64,000 nt of DNA from an uncultured Eubacteriales bacterium (lineage in GTDB: Bacteria; Bacillota; Clostridia; TANB77; CAG-508), in contig CAOJUE010000002.1 in assembly GCA_948443845.1 (NCBI GenBank), forward strand, positions 40,693 to 104,692. The letters run 5' to 3'. The first letter of the stretch is position 1. Each line of letters starts with the position of its first letter. Position numbers and translations under genes: made by a program. Below, piece after piece: positions 1-8,680 of the stretch. Under the pieces are notes generated by a model that saw only the letters and a program-made list of their open reading frames with translations, did not search any database and was not told the origin of the DNA.

Positions 1-3000
1 TTGTTGCCTTTGGGTCTTTAGCCCAACCTAAAAAGTCTCTTGTGCCATTTGTTAGTCTTTGTGTAAATTGAACCGTTATGATTTCTCCTTTTTTAGCACT
101 TTGAGTTTCTGGCACTTCCCCTGTTCCTCCATTTGCATCATATTTTACTTTATTTTGTTGCTTTAGCCACCACCAGCCATCAGACCCTTTCCATGTCTTT
201 ACATCCTCATCTAACATAACTACTGGTCTCAAACTAGCCTTATCTTCTTCAGAATGAGCCACTCCAGCAATTGTCTTTTCACTTCCATTCACTGTTAAGA
301 CAAGCGTATTCTTTCCATCAGAAGGAGCTGCTAGCCAATAAGTAAATTTAGGAAAATACAAACTATCATTTATTTCGAATGAATTTGTATTACTCATTTT
401 ATAACCGTAAGTACCTGTTGAATAGGATACTTTAGTTCCCCATTTTTGATTCATGCTTTGAGATAGCATTTTCAAACCTGGACCCCCTATTGCTTTACCT
501 CCTGATATCGCTTCCTCTTTACTTCTTCCTGTTTCAAAAGAACTCCAATTATCGGTACTTAATAATGTGGATACACATTTTGAATTTCCATAAGAACTTT
601 TTAAAGCATACCCTGACGCTAAAAACTTACTAGCGTACTGTCTCCAAGTTGATTCATATCTCGGCGCTGTAGTCCAGCTGGCAGTATTATTTTTATAAGT
701 AAGTCCTGCTTTCGTTGCAACTGATGTGCCTACACTTCTTTCTAGTTCTCCATTTTTAATTAGGAATACATTTGTACCATCATTATAGAAAATATCCCAA
801 TTTTCTACTCCATCACTTGTTACATAATGTACAGGTTCGCCATAATAGTTTGGTTCCCATTCCTCTGTTGCCAATTGAGCAGGACCCCAAACTGCATATA
901 GTGTAATAGACCTATTTTCTCCAATTCTGTATGATCCACCTCTTGGATACTCTGGACTAGTAGCACTTGGGATTTTAGACCAACCTAAAAAACTACAGCC
1001 ATATTTTTCTGGCATCGGTGAAAATTGTATTTCAACCATTTGCCCTGCATAAAACATTTGATCAGGTATTTCACATGTTCCTCCGTTACCATGATAGGTT
1101 AAGTGATATTGAATTCTTCTCCATTGCGCAAATAAGACTATAGTCTCATTATTATGTTGCGCCAAGTCTACTATTATTTGACCATCTCCAAATTGCCTTC
1201 CTGTACCATCTGGACGTGTATTCCAGCCTATAAATTCATATCCTTCTCGGTTAATTCTTCTATCGTTTCTTGTTAATGGGCTTCCTTGTCCATAAATATG
1301 GGTACTCCTTGGAATACTTCCCCAGCCTCCGTTTGTTTCATATTGTACATAATACGTTAGATACGCTGTATTGGAGATACAATAACGATTGTTTCCGTCA
1401 AATATACAAGCATATAATGTTCTTCCTGTATGAACGGGAATCACATCTCCACTTGAAATGTCTTGCCAATTTCCCCCAACTCGATATTGCAATTGTCCTC
1501 CACTGCCTGTTATTCTCATTTTTGCATTTAGTCCTTCCCAACCTATTACTTCAATTGCTAAGCTTGGAGATGAAATTGTAAATGCATTACTTCTAGTTGT
1601 CAAAATTCCTGTTTTTGAATTATTTCTTGCATTATCATTGTATTGGATATATAAATACCAGGTTCCTACTGCTTTTATATCGGTTTTGCTAATGGTTGTT
1701 CCGTTTGAAAATGATGTCCAACCACTAGTTGGGGCTGTTGTGCTTTGTGACCAAGCATATTTTAGACTTGGAGCATAAACACCACTGCCTCCATTATCAC
1801 TTACTGTCACCTTGCTTCCAATTACTGTTTTTCCTTCTGTTGATATTACATAATTTCCACCATTCTTACTCAAGTTTACGGTTGGATCAATCGTATCAAT
1901 CTTAGATACGGCTATACTTGCTGTTGGTCCTGCTTGATTGGTACTATCATAAGCTATGGCATAAATTGTACTATTACTATTAATCGTAACATTTCCTTTA
2001 TTCGCTATTGAGCTGCTTGACGTGGTCGGATTTTGATTGATTGCATATCGAATTGTTTCATAGTTTGAATCTTTTGCTGTTATGGTTGCTGTTTTGGAAC
2101 GTAACCAAGTATCTGGATTCGATATGTCTATTTTTAGTTCTGCTACTTTTTGTGTTCTTACTTGTTGACTATTGGTGTTTCCTGCTATATCTTTTACCCA
2201 AACATAGTAGGTTTTATTTTGTGTTTTTCGTTCTTCTGTTTTAGAATAAGTCGTTGCTCCTGAAGCATTGGTCCATCCTGTATTTGGAACAGAATTGCTT
2301 TCTGTAATAGCATAGGAGGCTATTCCTACATTGTCTGTTGTAGTAAATAGAATTTTATTGGTTGTAGTTGTTGCTGTTGTTATGATTGGTGGTGTTTTAT
2401 CAATGCGAATATGGGTTGAGCTGATTCCTGAAATATTTCCTACATGATCGATGGCTCTGACAAATACTTCGTTGTTTCTTTCTGCACTCCAAGTTCCTTG
2501 AATCGTTGTTTTGTTGCCATTTGTTGCATAAGAAGTCCCCCAATCTGTTAACCAATTTACTTTGTCATAACTATACTGAATTTCTTTGATTCCAGATTCT
2601 GTATCGCTTGAGTCAATTGTTAAAATTATGTCTTTGTTACTCCAGTTTCCATTACTTGGATTTGCGATTATTGGTGTATGGGGTTTTGTATTGTCAAGAA
2701 TGGTTGTGCTGGCGTATCCTGTTCCTGGTCCTTCGTTGGTTCCGTCCCAAATTCTGGCGTATACTGTTGTACCTGATGGTTGTCCTGGAATGGATTGACC
2801 ACTAGTGATGTTGGTCCAGGTTCCATTGGTCCCTATTCTGTATTGTAAATTACAGCCTGTTTGTAATTTGTCGACATTAACGGTTACGGTTGCGCTGTTG
2901 GATGTTTTGGTCCATACGACATTTCCAAAAGTGATTGTCCCTGTGATTTTTTCTGTTTTTATTTCAATTGGATCGTTTCCTGCATTTTTTCCGCCGATTG

Positions 3001-3967
3001 TTTCGTTTCCTACGTTATCTTTGGCTTTGACTAAAATTTGGTAGGTTGTGTTTTGGATTAATTTATCAAAAGTGTAAGTTCCACTTGTCTGATATGTCGT
3101 CCATGTTGTTCCGTTGTCTTTACTGAAACTGTATCCTGCTAGACCGCTACATGCATTGGTGCTGTTGGCTGGAGCATCTGTGGTGTTGGCAGTTATGGTT
3201 ATGCTATTGGTTGTTTGGGTAGCTTTTGGCTCAAAAGCATTTGGTGGTAATTTGTCGATGTTTACTATGGTATTTGCTCCATATTTGGATTTGCCTATGT
3301 ATTTTACTCTGCCTCGTACTATACAATTTTGCTCGACTGTTATTTCTTTTGTATAAATTTTTAAGGTTTGTTCTTCTGTTTTTTCCCCTTCATATTGTGT
3401 CCATGGATTTTCTCCGATTTTATAGAAAAATTCAAATTCTGCTGTGTCTAATGGATCAATTTTGGGTACTTCTACTGTTATGGTTACATTTACGTTTTGG
3501 TTTGTAAGTTGTGTGTTGTCTGCTATTAGACTGATTCTTACATCGTCAAGTGCATCTTCTTTTTTGTCACTGTATTTTCCGATATAATTGATTTGTCCAT
3601 TTGTGATGTCGACTGTATGGTCGTTTCCAGTTTTGTGGAATTCAACGTGAAATAGTTTTTCATTGTCGTCATCTTGCCAGACATTTGTTTTGCGAGTGGT
3701 TTTTTCGAGTTCCTTTTGTAACGTTTCTGGTTTTATGTCGCTATCAGTCAACGCGCTGTTGGCAAAAACCGTTGAAAATGCTACGCTGATGACGTCTTGT
3801 TCATCGGTGATTTCGTATTTGTCGGCTGCGCTTTGTGAATTCGTTAGAATTCCTGCTTCGTTTAGAACTGAAATTGCTACTCCTGCTAAAATTAGCAGAA
3901 CAATAATTGTTACAACCAGTACAGTTAGTGTGATTCCTTGTTCATTTAACTTTTGTTTCTTTCTCAT
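1..3967 (-). CDS. Large cell-surface protein, partial (3' end runs off the left edge). Pilin-like hydrophobic N-terminus, long Ig/FN3-like Thr/Asn-rich repeats, three Listeria-Bacteroides (Flg_new-type) repeats.
   Basis: My own translation of the minus strand is open from the ATG at 3965-3967 (GGGAAAGGA RBS-like stretch upstream) to position 1. It starts MRKKQKLNEQGITLTVLVVTIIVLLILAGVAISVLNEAGIL. Near the left edge there are three repeats of the form YxxxYxxNGGxG...F(L/I)GW: YYVQYETNGGWGSIP..FIGWNTRPDG, YHLTYHGNGGTCEIPD..FLGWSKIP, KVKYDANGGTGEVPE..FLGWAKDP. It is absent from the ORF track because it has no stop inside the window. Confidence 0.8.
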   Translation of the reverse strand, partial: MRKKQKLNEQGITLTVLVVTIIVLLILAGVAISVLNEAGILTNSQSAADKYEITDEQDVISVAFSTVFANSALTDSDIKPETLQKELEKTTRKTNVWQDDDNEKLFHVEFHKTGNDHTVDITNGQINYIGKYSDKKEDALDDVRISLIADNTQLTNQNVNVTITVEVPKIDPLDTAEFEFFYKIGENPWTQYEGEKTEEQTLKIYTKEITVEQNCIVRGRVKYIGKSKYGANTIVNIDKLPPNAFEPKATQTTNSITITANTTDAPANSTNACSGLAGYSFSKDNGTTWTTYQTSGTYTFDKLIQNTTYQILVKAKDNVGNETIGGKNAGNDPIEIKTEKITGTITFGNVVWTKTSNSATVTVNVDKLQTGCNLQYRIGTNGTWTNITSGQSIPGQPSGTTVYARIWDGTNEGPGTGYASTTILDNTKPHTPIIANPSNGNWSNKDIILTIDSSDTESGIKEIQYSYDKVNWLTDWGTSYATNGNKTTIQGTWSAERNNEVFVRAIDHVGNISGISSTHIRIDKTPPIITTATTTTNKILFTTTDNVGIASYAITESNSVPNTGWTNASGATTYSKTEERKTQNKTYYVWVKDIAGNTNSQQVRTQKVAELKIDISNPDTWLRSKTATITAKDSNYETIRYAINQNPTTSSSSIANKGNVTINSNSTIYAIAYDSTNQAGPTASIAVSKIDTIDPTVNLSKNGGNYVISTEGKTVIGSKVTVSDNGGSGVYAPSLKYAWSQSTTAPTSGWTSFSNGTTISKTDIKAVGTWYLYIQYNDNARNNSKTGILTTRSNAFTISSPSLAIEVIGWEGLNAKMRITGSGGQLQYRVGGNWQDISSGDVIPVHTGRTLYACIFDGNNRYCISNTAYLTYYVQYETNGGWGSIPRSTHIYGQGSPLTRNDRRINREGYEFIGWNTRPDGTGRQFGDGQIIVDLAQHNNETIVLFAQWRRIQYHLTYHGNGGTCEIPDQMFYAGQMVEIQFSPMPEKYGCSFLGWSKIPSATSPEYPRGGSYRIGENRSITLYAVWGPAQLATEEWEPNYYGEPVHYVTSDGVENWDIFYNDGTNVFLIKNGELERSVGTSVATKAGLTYKNNTASWTTAPRYESTWRQYASKFLASGYALKSSYGNSKCVSTLLSTDNWSSFETGRSKEEAISGGKAIGGPGLKMLSQSMNQKWGTKVSYSTGTYGYKMSNTNSFEINDSLYFPKFTYWLAAPSDGKNTLVLTVNGSEKTIAGVAHSEEDKASLRPVVMLDEDVKTWKGSDGWWWLKQQNKVKYDANGGTGEVPETQSAKKGEIITVQFTQRLTNGTRDFLGWAKDPKAT

Positions 3968-4090
3968 TTTCCTTTCCCTTCTTTCGATTATACATTTAAA
4001 TAAATGCTTGTATTGTCAGGATAACACTCATTTAAATGCAAGTCAAGAAGGTTGTCGAATTTGTAATAAAAATGTAATATTTTTACATTT

Positions 4091-4990
4091 TTATTTCTTT
4101 TTTAATTTGGCTACAAAAAATCCCTCAAATATTTCATTTGGTTGGATACACAATGTGCCATCTAGTTTTACTGGCAATTGGGGCAAATATTCCATTCCTT
4201 CTAATTGAATGGGAACGATTTGTGCCTTTGCCTCTTTTAACACTTTTTCTACAATTTCTTCGTTTTCACAAGAAAGAATGGAACAGGTTGAATATACCAT
4301 TTCTTGCCCAGATTTTAATATGTTTAATGCTTTTTTTAATAAAGAAATCTGAGATTTAGTTGATTTTTCAATTAATTTCATGGTAAATTTTTGAGAAAGA
4401 TTTTCATTTTTTATATTTAAAGTCCCACTTCCACTGCAGGGACTGTCTAACAAAATAGCGTCAAAGGCAAAAAAGTCATCAATTTTTCGACTGTCTGATA
4501 CCATAACGTATGCATTGGCACCTTGTTTTTCGATATTATATTTTAGACGTTCTGCTCGAATCGGATTCATTTCGCAAGCTGTAATATGCGCTTTGTTTTG
4601 CGTGATTGCTGCCATTTGGGTGGTTTTTCCGCCAGGTGCTGCTGCCATATCTAGAATATCGGTATTGGGTTGGGGATTTAGAATAATGGGTGGCAACATG
4701 GAAGATAAACTTTGCAGATAAATTTCGCCTTTTTCATACATTTCTAAGGCTTGTATATCTTTTTCCTGCGCCTGTTTTAGAATGACTGCTTCTTTGCTCC
4801 AAGGAACCCTTTCGTATGCAATTTTGGCTTTGTCAAGTTTTTCAAATACACTATTTACATCGGTTTTTAGTGTATTAATACGAAATGTAGTTTTTCGCTT
4901 TGCTGAATAACCTTGTATGATTTTTTGAGTTATTTCTTCGCCATATTGTTGATTGAATAAATCGATTAAAAATTGCGGTAAATTTTCCAT
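4091..4990 (-). CDS. RsmB/RsmF (NOL1/NOP2/Sun) family RNA cytosine-C5 methyltransferase
   Basis: 299-aa ORF with the SAM-binding motif DMAAAPGGKTTQMA and catalytic motifs DSPCSGSGT and YSTCS. Confidence 0.85.
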   Translation of the reverse strand: MENLPQFLIDLFNQQYGEEITQKIIQGYSAKRKTTFRINTLKTDVNSVFEKLDKAKIAYERVPWSKEAVILKQAQEKDIQALEMYEKGEIYLQSLSSMLPPIILNPQPNTDILDMAAAPGGKTTQMAAITQNKAHITACEMNPIRAERLKYNIEKQGANAYVMVSDSRKIDDFFAFDAILLDSPCSGSGTLNIKNENLSQKFTMKLIEKSTKSQISLLKKALNILKSGQEMVYSTCSILSCENEEIVEKVLKEAKAQIVPIQLEGMEYLPQLPVKLDGTLCIQPNEIFEGFFVAKLKKK

Positions 4991-5073
4991 GATTTTCCTC
5001 CAAAATGATTATATCATATTTTACACATTATGGCTATTTTTTTCATATGATATAGTGTAAGGAGGGAAAATAT

Positions 5074-5490
5074 ATGTGTAGTATGAATAAAGGAAATCAT
5101 AACGCTTGTTGTTGCATTTTTACTTTAATCGCTTCTTTGATTACAGCAGCTGGAATTGCTGTTGTGTTTTATAGTGGTTTAATTGTTTCAATTGCAACTT
5201 TGATATATTTTACTTTGGTTTTAGGTATTTTAGGAATTTTATATATCTTATTTACTTTATTTTGTGGTGGTAGACACAATTGTCAAGAAATCAAAGATTC
5301 TTGTTTGATTACAAGTTCTGTTGGTTCTATCATTACAAGTGCCTTTGCTTTGAGTTTAACTACTTTACCAATTGCTTCTATTACAGCAGGAATCTTGGTT
5401 GGCGCTGTTGCCTTCTTTTTGATTTCTAATTTAATCACTTTGGTGAACATCTTAGTGGGTAAATTTTGTAATAATCGTTGCGAAGATTAG
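5074..5490 (+). CDS. Hypothetical small polytopic membrane protein (Cys-rich ends)
   Basis: 138-aa ORF with an AGGAGGG RBS about 7 nt upstream of the ATG and several hydrophobic segments. Confidence 0.5.
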   Translation: MCSMNKGNHNACCCIFTLIASLITAAGIAVVFYSGLIVSIATLIYFTLVLGILGILYILFTLFCGGRHNCQEIKDSCLITSSVGSIITSAFALSLTTLPIASITAGILVGAVAFFLISNLITLVNILVGKFCNNRCED

Positions 5491-5574
5491 TTCATCTTGA
5501 AACGTAAAAGCATTATTCCGATAGTGGAATAATGCTTTGTTTTTGTTTGTATTATTCTGATATCAGAATAATGT

Positions 5575-5985
5575 TTATTTTACTAAATCCAAATTTCCCT
5601 TTATCACAACGGGAGAAAATCCTGCTATTTCGTCAAATAGCATTCCTTCTGGAATGTCGTTGTATAAATAGATTTTTTTGTTTTTCATGAAGGCTTCGTA
5701 TAATTCAATGAAAGTGGCTCCGCCTATATAATTTTTCTTGCCATTTTTATCGAAATTTAGGGTTAATACAGCGTCCATCTGTGCAATTCGTTCTTCGCTC
5801 ATTCGGAACATTCTTGCTTTAAATTCGCTGTGCGCTTTTTCGCCTAATTCCCACGCTTCTTTTTCTGCATCTTGATGATAGTAGGAGTTGGGAAGTTCGA
5901 TTTCATGCCCCATTTCTTCTAATTTTTCCTTAACCTCCGCAATATCTTTGTAAAATGCTTTGCTACATATGATTAAAATTTTCAT
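5575..5985 (-). CDS. Hypothetical cytosolic protein (possibly a nucleoside deoxyribosyltransferase-like fold, unverified)
   Basis: The track ORF 5575..6246 is trimmed to the internal ATG at 5985 (MKILIICSKAF...), which is preceded by a GAAAAGGAG RBS. The longer N-terminal extension overlaps the divergent gene starting at 6104. Confidence 0.55.
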   Translation of the reverse strand: MKILIICSKAFYKDIAEVKEKLEEMGHEIELPNSYYHQDAEKEAWELGEKAHSEFKARMFRMSEERIAQMDAVLTLNFDKNGKKNYIGGATFIELYEAFMKNKKIYLYNDIPEGMLFDEIAGFSPVVIKGNLDLVK

Positions 5986-6103
5986 GGCATCTCCTTTTCT
6001 TTCAGATTGATTATACCATTTTGTTTTATTAATTGCAATATACTTGCATATTTTTTCCATATGCTGTATAATTATTTTATAAAAATAAAGGGGGAAATTT
6101 AAA

Positions 6104-6499
6104 ATGATTGATTTTACAAACAAATCTATTATTAAACTAAAGCCAATGGAAAACTCAGAGGGAGAAAACGAGGTGAAAGATATTTTAATTCCAGATGAAA
6201 CAGTTACTTTCGCTTTTGTATCCATGAGAGATAAGTTGATTTTCACGGATAAAAGAATTATTTCTGTGAACGTAAAAGGAATTACGGGAAAGAAAATTGA
6301 TTATACTTCTATTCCTTATGCCAATATTCAGGCTTTTTCGATTGAATCAGCAGGTACAATCGATTTCGATTCTGAACTGGATATTACAATTAGCGGATTG
6401 GGTACGGTTCGATTTGAATTATCCAATAAAACAGATATCCGTAAGTTGGGACAGAGTATTTCGGGGTATGTATTAGATTTTGAAAAAAGGCACGTTTAA
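6104..6499 (+). CDS. Bacterial PH-domain (YokE-like) protein
   Basis: 131-aa ORF. The pattern ...DKLIFTDKRIISVNVKGITGKKIDYTSIPYANIQAFSIESAG... is typical of bacterial PH domains. RBS GGGGGA upstream. Confidence 0.65.
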   Translation: MIDFTNKSIIKLKPMENSEGENEVKDILIPDETVTFAFVSMRDKLIFTDKRIISVNVKGITGKKIDYTSIPYANIQAFSIESAGTIDFDSELDITISGLGTVRFELSNKTDIRKLGQSISGYVLDFEKRHV

Positions 6500-6513
6500 T
6501 TCGTGCCTTTTTG
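6485..6513 (+). terminator. Rho-independent terminator between convergent genes
   Basis: AAGGCACG (6487-6494), loop tttaatt, CGTGCCTT (6502-6509), followed by a T-run and preceded by an A-run. It could act in both directions. Confidence 0.6.
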
Positions 6514-6544
6514 AAAATTTTATATTTTCACTTTTTCAGTTTTA

Positions 6545-6700
6545 CTACCCATTGTTCTTTTGTTGTTTTCTAGCTTTTCTGCATTCTGGACATCTTACTG
6601 GTTGATTGGTAAAACCTTTTTCTGCATAAAATTGTTGTTCACCTGTTGTAAAAACAAATTCTTTTCCACAATCTTTGCATACAAGTGTGATATCTTCCAT
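6545..6700 (-). CDS. Small zinc-ribbon protein (51 aa), below the ORF-track size cut-off
   Basis: My translation is MEDITLVCKDCGKEFVFTTGEQQFYAEKGFTNQPVRCPECRKARKQQKNNG, with two CxxC pairs. A GGAGGTAG RBS lies upstream of the ATG at 6698-6700, and the stop TAG is at 6545-6547. Confidence 0.6.
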   Translation of the reverse strand: MEDITLVCKDCGKEFVFTTGEQQFYAEKGFTNQPVRCPECRKARKQQKNNG

Positions 6701-6936
6701 TTTTTTCTACCTCCTTTTTAAAACTGATTTGAATTACTTTTCGTACTTAACCAATTTAAAAAAGGATAAATAGTTTAAAATAATTTTTCTCGAGTTTTTG
6801 AAACTTTTTTGAGTATATCATGGTTTTATAAAAAATGCAAGGGAAATATGATAATTTTCTTAAAATAATTATAGAATTCTTTTATTTTTAATTTTCCCTT
6901 AATCAATCTACTATTGATGCTTGGTTAAATAATTTC

Positions 6937-7026
6937 GGGACGGGGACACTCTTAAAAATTTTCAAACCCACTAATAGCAAACTATATGAATTTTTTCTAT
7001 TTTTTGCAAAGAGTGTCCCCGTCCCC
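6937..7026. repeat. ~90-bp palindrome-ended element, copy 1 (18-bp GC-rich terminal inverted repeats)
   Basis: GGGACGGGGACACTCTT ... AAGAGTGTCCCCGTCCCC enclosing about 54 nt of AT-rich sequence. It is near-identical to 8391-8481. Confidence 0.85.
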
Positions 7027-7030
7027 ATAA

Positions 7031-7882
7031 TTAATTTTTCGTACTACAACTTCCTCCTTTACTTTCATAATAATCTTGTAAAGCATGTACCACTTCTGGA
7101 ACAGATTTTAATGAATCAATATTAATTTCTTTATATATCTCTTCATTTCCCCTTTTTTCAATTATTTCTCCATTATCCTTAATCTTTATATAGAAAGCTT
7201 CTTTTTCCCCATCTAATTCACAAACGATTGTTGCTTCTGTTGTTAAATTATGAGATTTGGGAAAAATAGTAAAGTTTCCAATTATCGCTACAAATATAAT
7301 TGTAATAATAAAAATTATTTTTCTATTTGCTTTTTTCATAAATAAACAAAACATAGTGATTAAAAAAATCACATCTAAAATGGCACCTAAAAGTTGCGTA
7401 TGCGAATAATAAAATTTTAGGCAATTATTAACAGTATCTATCAGCATTCCTGCAATCGGTAAAGCATATAAAATATTGCTAAATTGATTATTTTTATTCC
7501 AATAATAAAGAATATATGCTACTATTCCACATAGGATTGCTATCATAATCCAAAAAAATAAATGACTCCATTCTATTAAACCATCAACCGTAATATTAGG
7601 TATAAAAAATTTAATCATTCCCTGTAATACATAGAAACTGCAACACATACTTGCTAAATACAAGAAAGTATTCATCATTGCATTTTTATTAGAACAACTC
7701 AAATATATTATAAAAGTTGTTGTAAATATCCAAAATCCAAACGTTCCTGCAATAGAACTTAACCCTAATACATCATTATGGGGTAATAAATTTACTAATT
7801 CTGTTATTATGCCAATGATTAAACCAAACATAATTACTTTTATGTATGATTTTTTTGTATCTTGTAATCTTATTTTTTCCAT
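7031..7882 (-). CDS. Hypothetical polytopic membrane protein
   Basis: 283-aa ORF with about 7 hydrophobic segments and a soluble C-terminal tail. No family recognised. Confidence 0.6.
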   Translation of the reverse strand: MEKIRLQDTKKSYIKVIMFGLIIGIITELVNLLPHNDVLGLSSIAGTFGFWIFTTTFIIYLSCSNKNAMMNTFLYLASMCCSFYVLQGMIKFFIPNITVDGLIEWSHLFFWIMIAILCGIVAYILYYWNKNNQFSNILYALPIAGMLIDTVNNCLKFYYSHTQLLGAILDVIFLITMFCLFMKKANRKIIFIITIIFVAIIGNFTIFPKSHNLTTEATIVCELDGEKEAFYIKIKDNGEIIEKRGNEEIYKEINIDSLKSVPEVVHALQDYYESKGGSCSTKN

Positions 7883-7921
7883 TTTTTTCTCCTTCTAAAA
7901 TTGTAATTTATTATTTTTTCC

Positions 7922-8302
7922 TTATTCTTCATTAAATCGCCACTCCGAATCTTTCCTCAAAACCAACTCATATTCCTCATTCCCACGATAAAAATAAATT
8001 TCCTCACAGTTTGGATTTAAGTCAATCTCGAATTCATTTTTTGCCCCAAACTTATTATTCAAACCAAACGTGGAATAAAACGTAATATACTGATTATCTC
8101 CATCTTGTTTCACTTTCAAATCTCTAATATATCCCATACTACTCGAAACAGACACCTTTATTTTCATACGTTTTCCATCCTCAGAAACTTGATAATCCTG
8201 CAAAAATACATCTGTTCTTTTTCCACTAGTTCCGAAAAAAAGTAGAATTATCAGTATCAGTATGACAACTATCATCAATAACATGAATCCTATTTTTTTC
8301 AT
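7922..8302 (-). CDS. Hypothetical membrane-anchored or secreted small protein
   Basis: 126-aa ORF with N-terminal anchor MKKIGFMLLMIVVILILIILLFFG and an AGGAGG RBS upstream. Confidence 0.55.
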   Translation of the reverse strand: MKKIGFMLLMIVVILILIILLFFGTSGKRTDVFLQDYQVSEDGKRMKIKVSVSSSMGYIRDLKVKQDGDNQYITFYSTFGLNNKFGAKNEFEIDLNPNCEEIYFYRGNEEYELVLRKDSEWRFNEE

Positions 8303-8390
8303 AATTTCCTCCTTTTTTAATGGATTATTTGTTATCCTATTATCATATTAGTTATGATATCATAAATAAATGTATTTAGCAAATTATTTG

Positions 8391-8481
8391 GGGGACGGGG
8401 ACACTCTTAAAAATTGCTAAACCCGCTAATAGCAAGCTATATGAATTTTTTCTATTTTTTGCAAAGAGTGTCCCCGTCCCC
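8391..8481. repeat. ~90-bp palindrome-ended element, copy 2
   Basis: GGGGACGGGGACACTCTT ... AAGAGTGTCCCCGTCCCC, in the same orientation as copy 1, with about 5 substitutions in the central AT-rich part. Confidence 0.85.
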
Positions 8482-8600
8482 AAATAATTTTTTTATAAGA
8501 TTTTTAAGATTTGTGTCAAAAAAAGAACAGCGAAAAAATCGCTATTCTCCTTCATTCATTTTTTCTCAAACCAGTACCCAACTTTCACTACACCTATTAA

Positions 8601-8624
8601 AATATGACATATTCATGTCATATT
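8601..8624. repeat. AATATGACAT palindrome, copy 1
   Basis: AATATGACAT attc ATGTCATATT (10-bp perfect arms). Confidence 0.8.
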
Positions 8625-8654
8625 TTAACAAAAAACCATATTTCCCGCTATTCT

Positions 8655-8680
8655 AAATATGACATTTTAATGTCATATTT
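8655..8680. repeat. AATATGACAT palindrome, copy 2 (overlaps the MATE stop codon)
   Basis: AAATATGACAT ttta ATGTCATATTT (11-bp perfect arms). Confidence 0.8.

Noticed and set aside
1270-4208. Series of 65-181-aa plus-strand ORFs across the first 4 kb.
   Set aside because: They are shadow ORFs antisense to one continuous minus-strand frame (1..3967). They have low-complexity Leu/Phe/Val-rich translations and no RBSs.
5986-6246. Long N-terminal extension of ORF 5575..6246.
   Set aside because: It overlaps the divergent PH-domain gene and its promoter region. An internal ATG at 5985 has a good RBS and yields a compact soluble protein.
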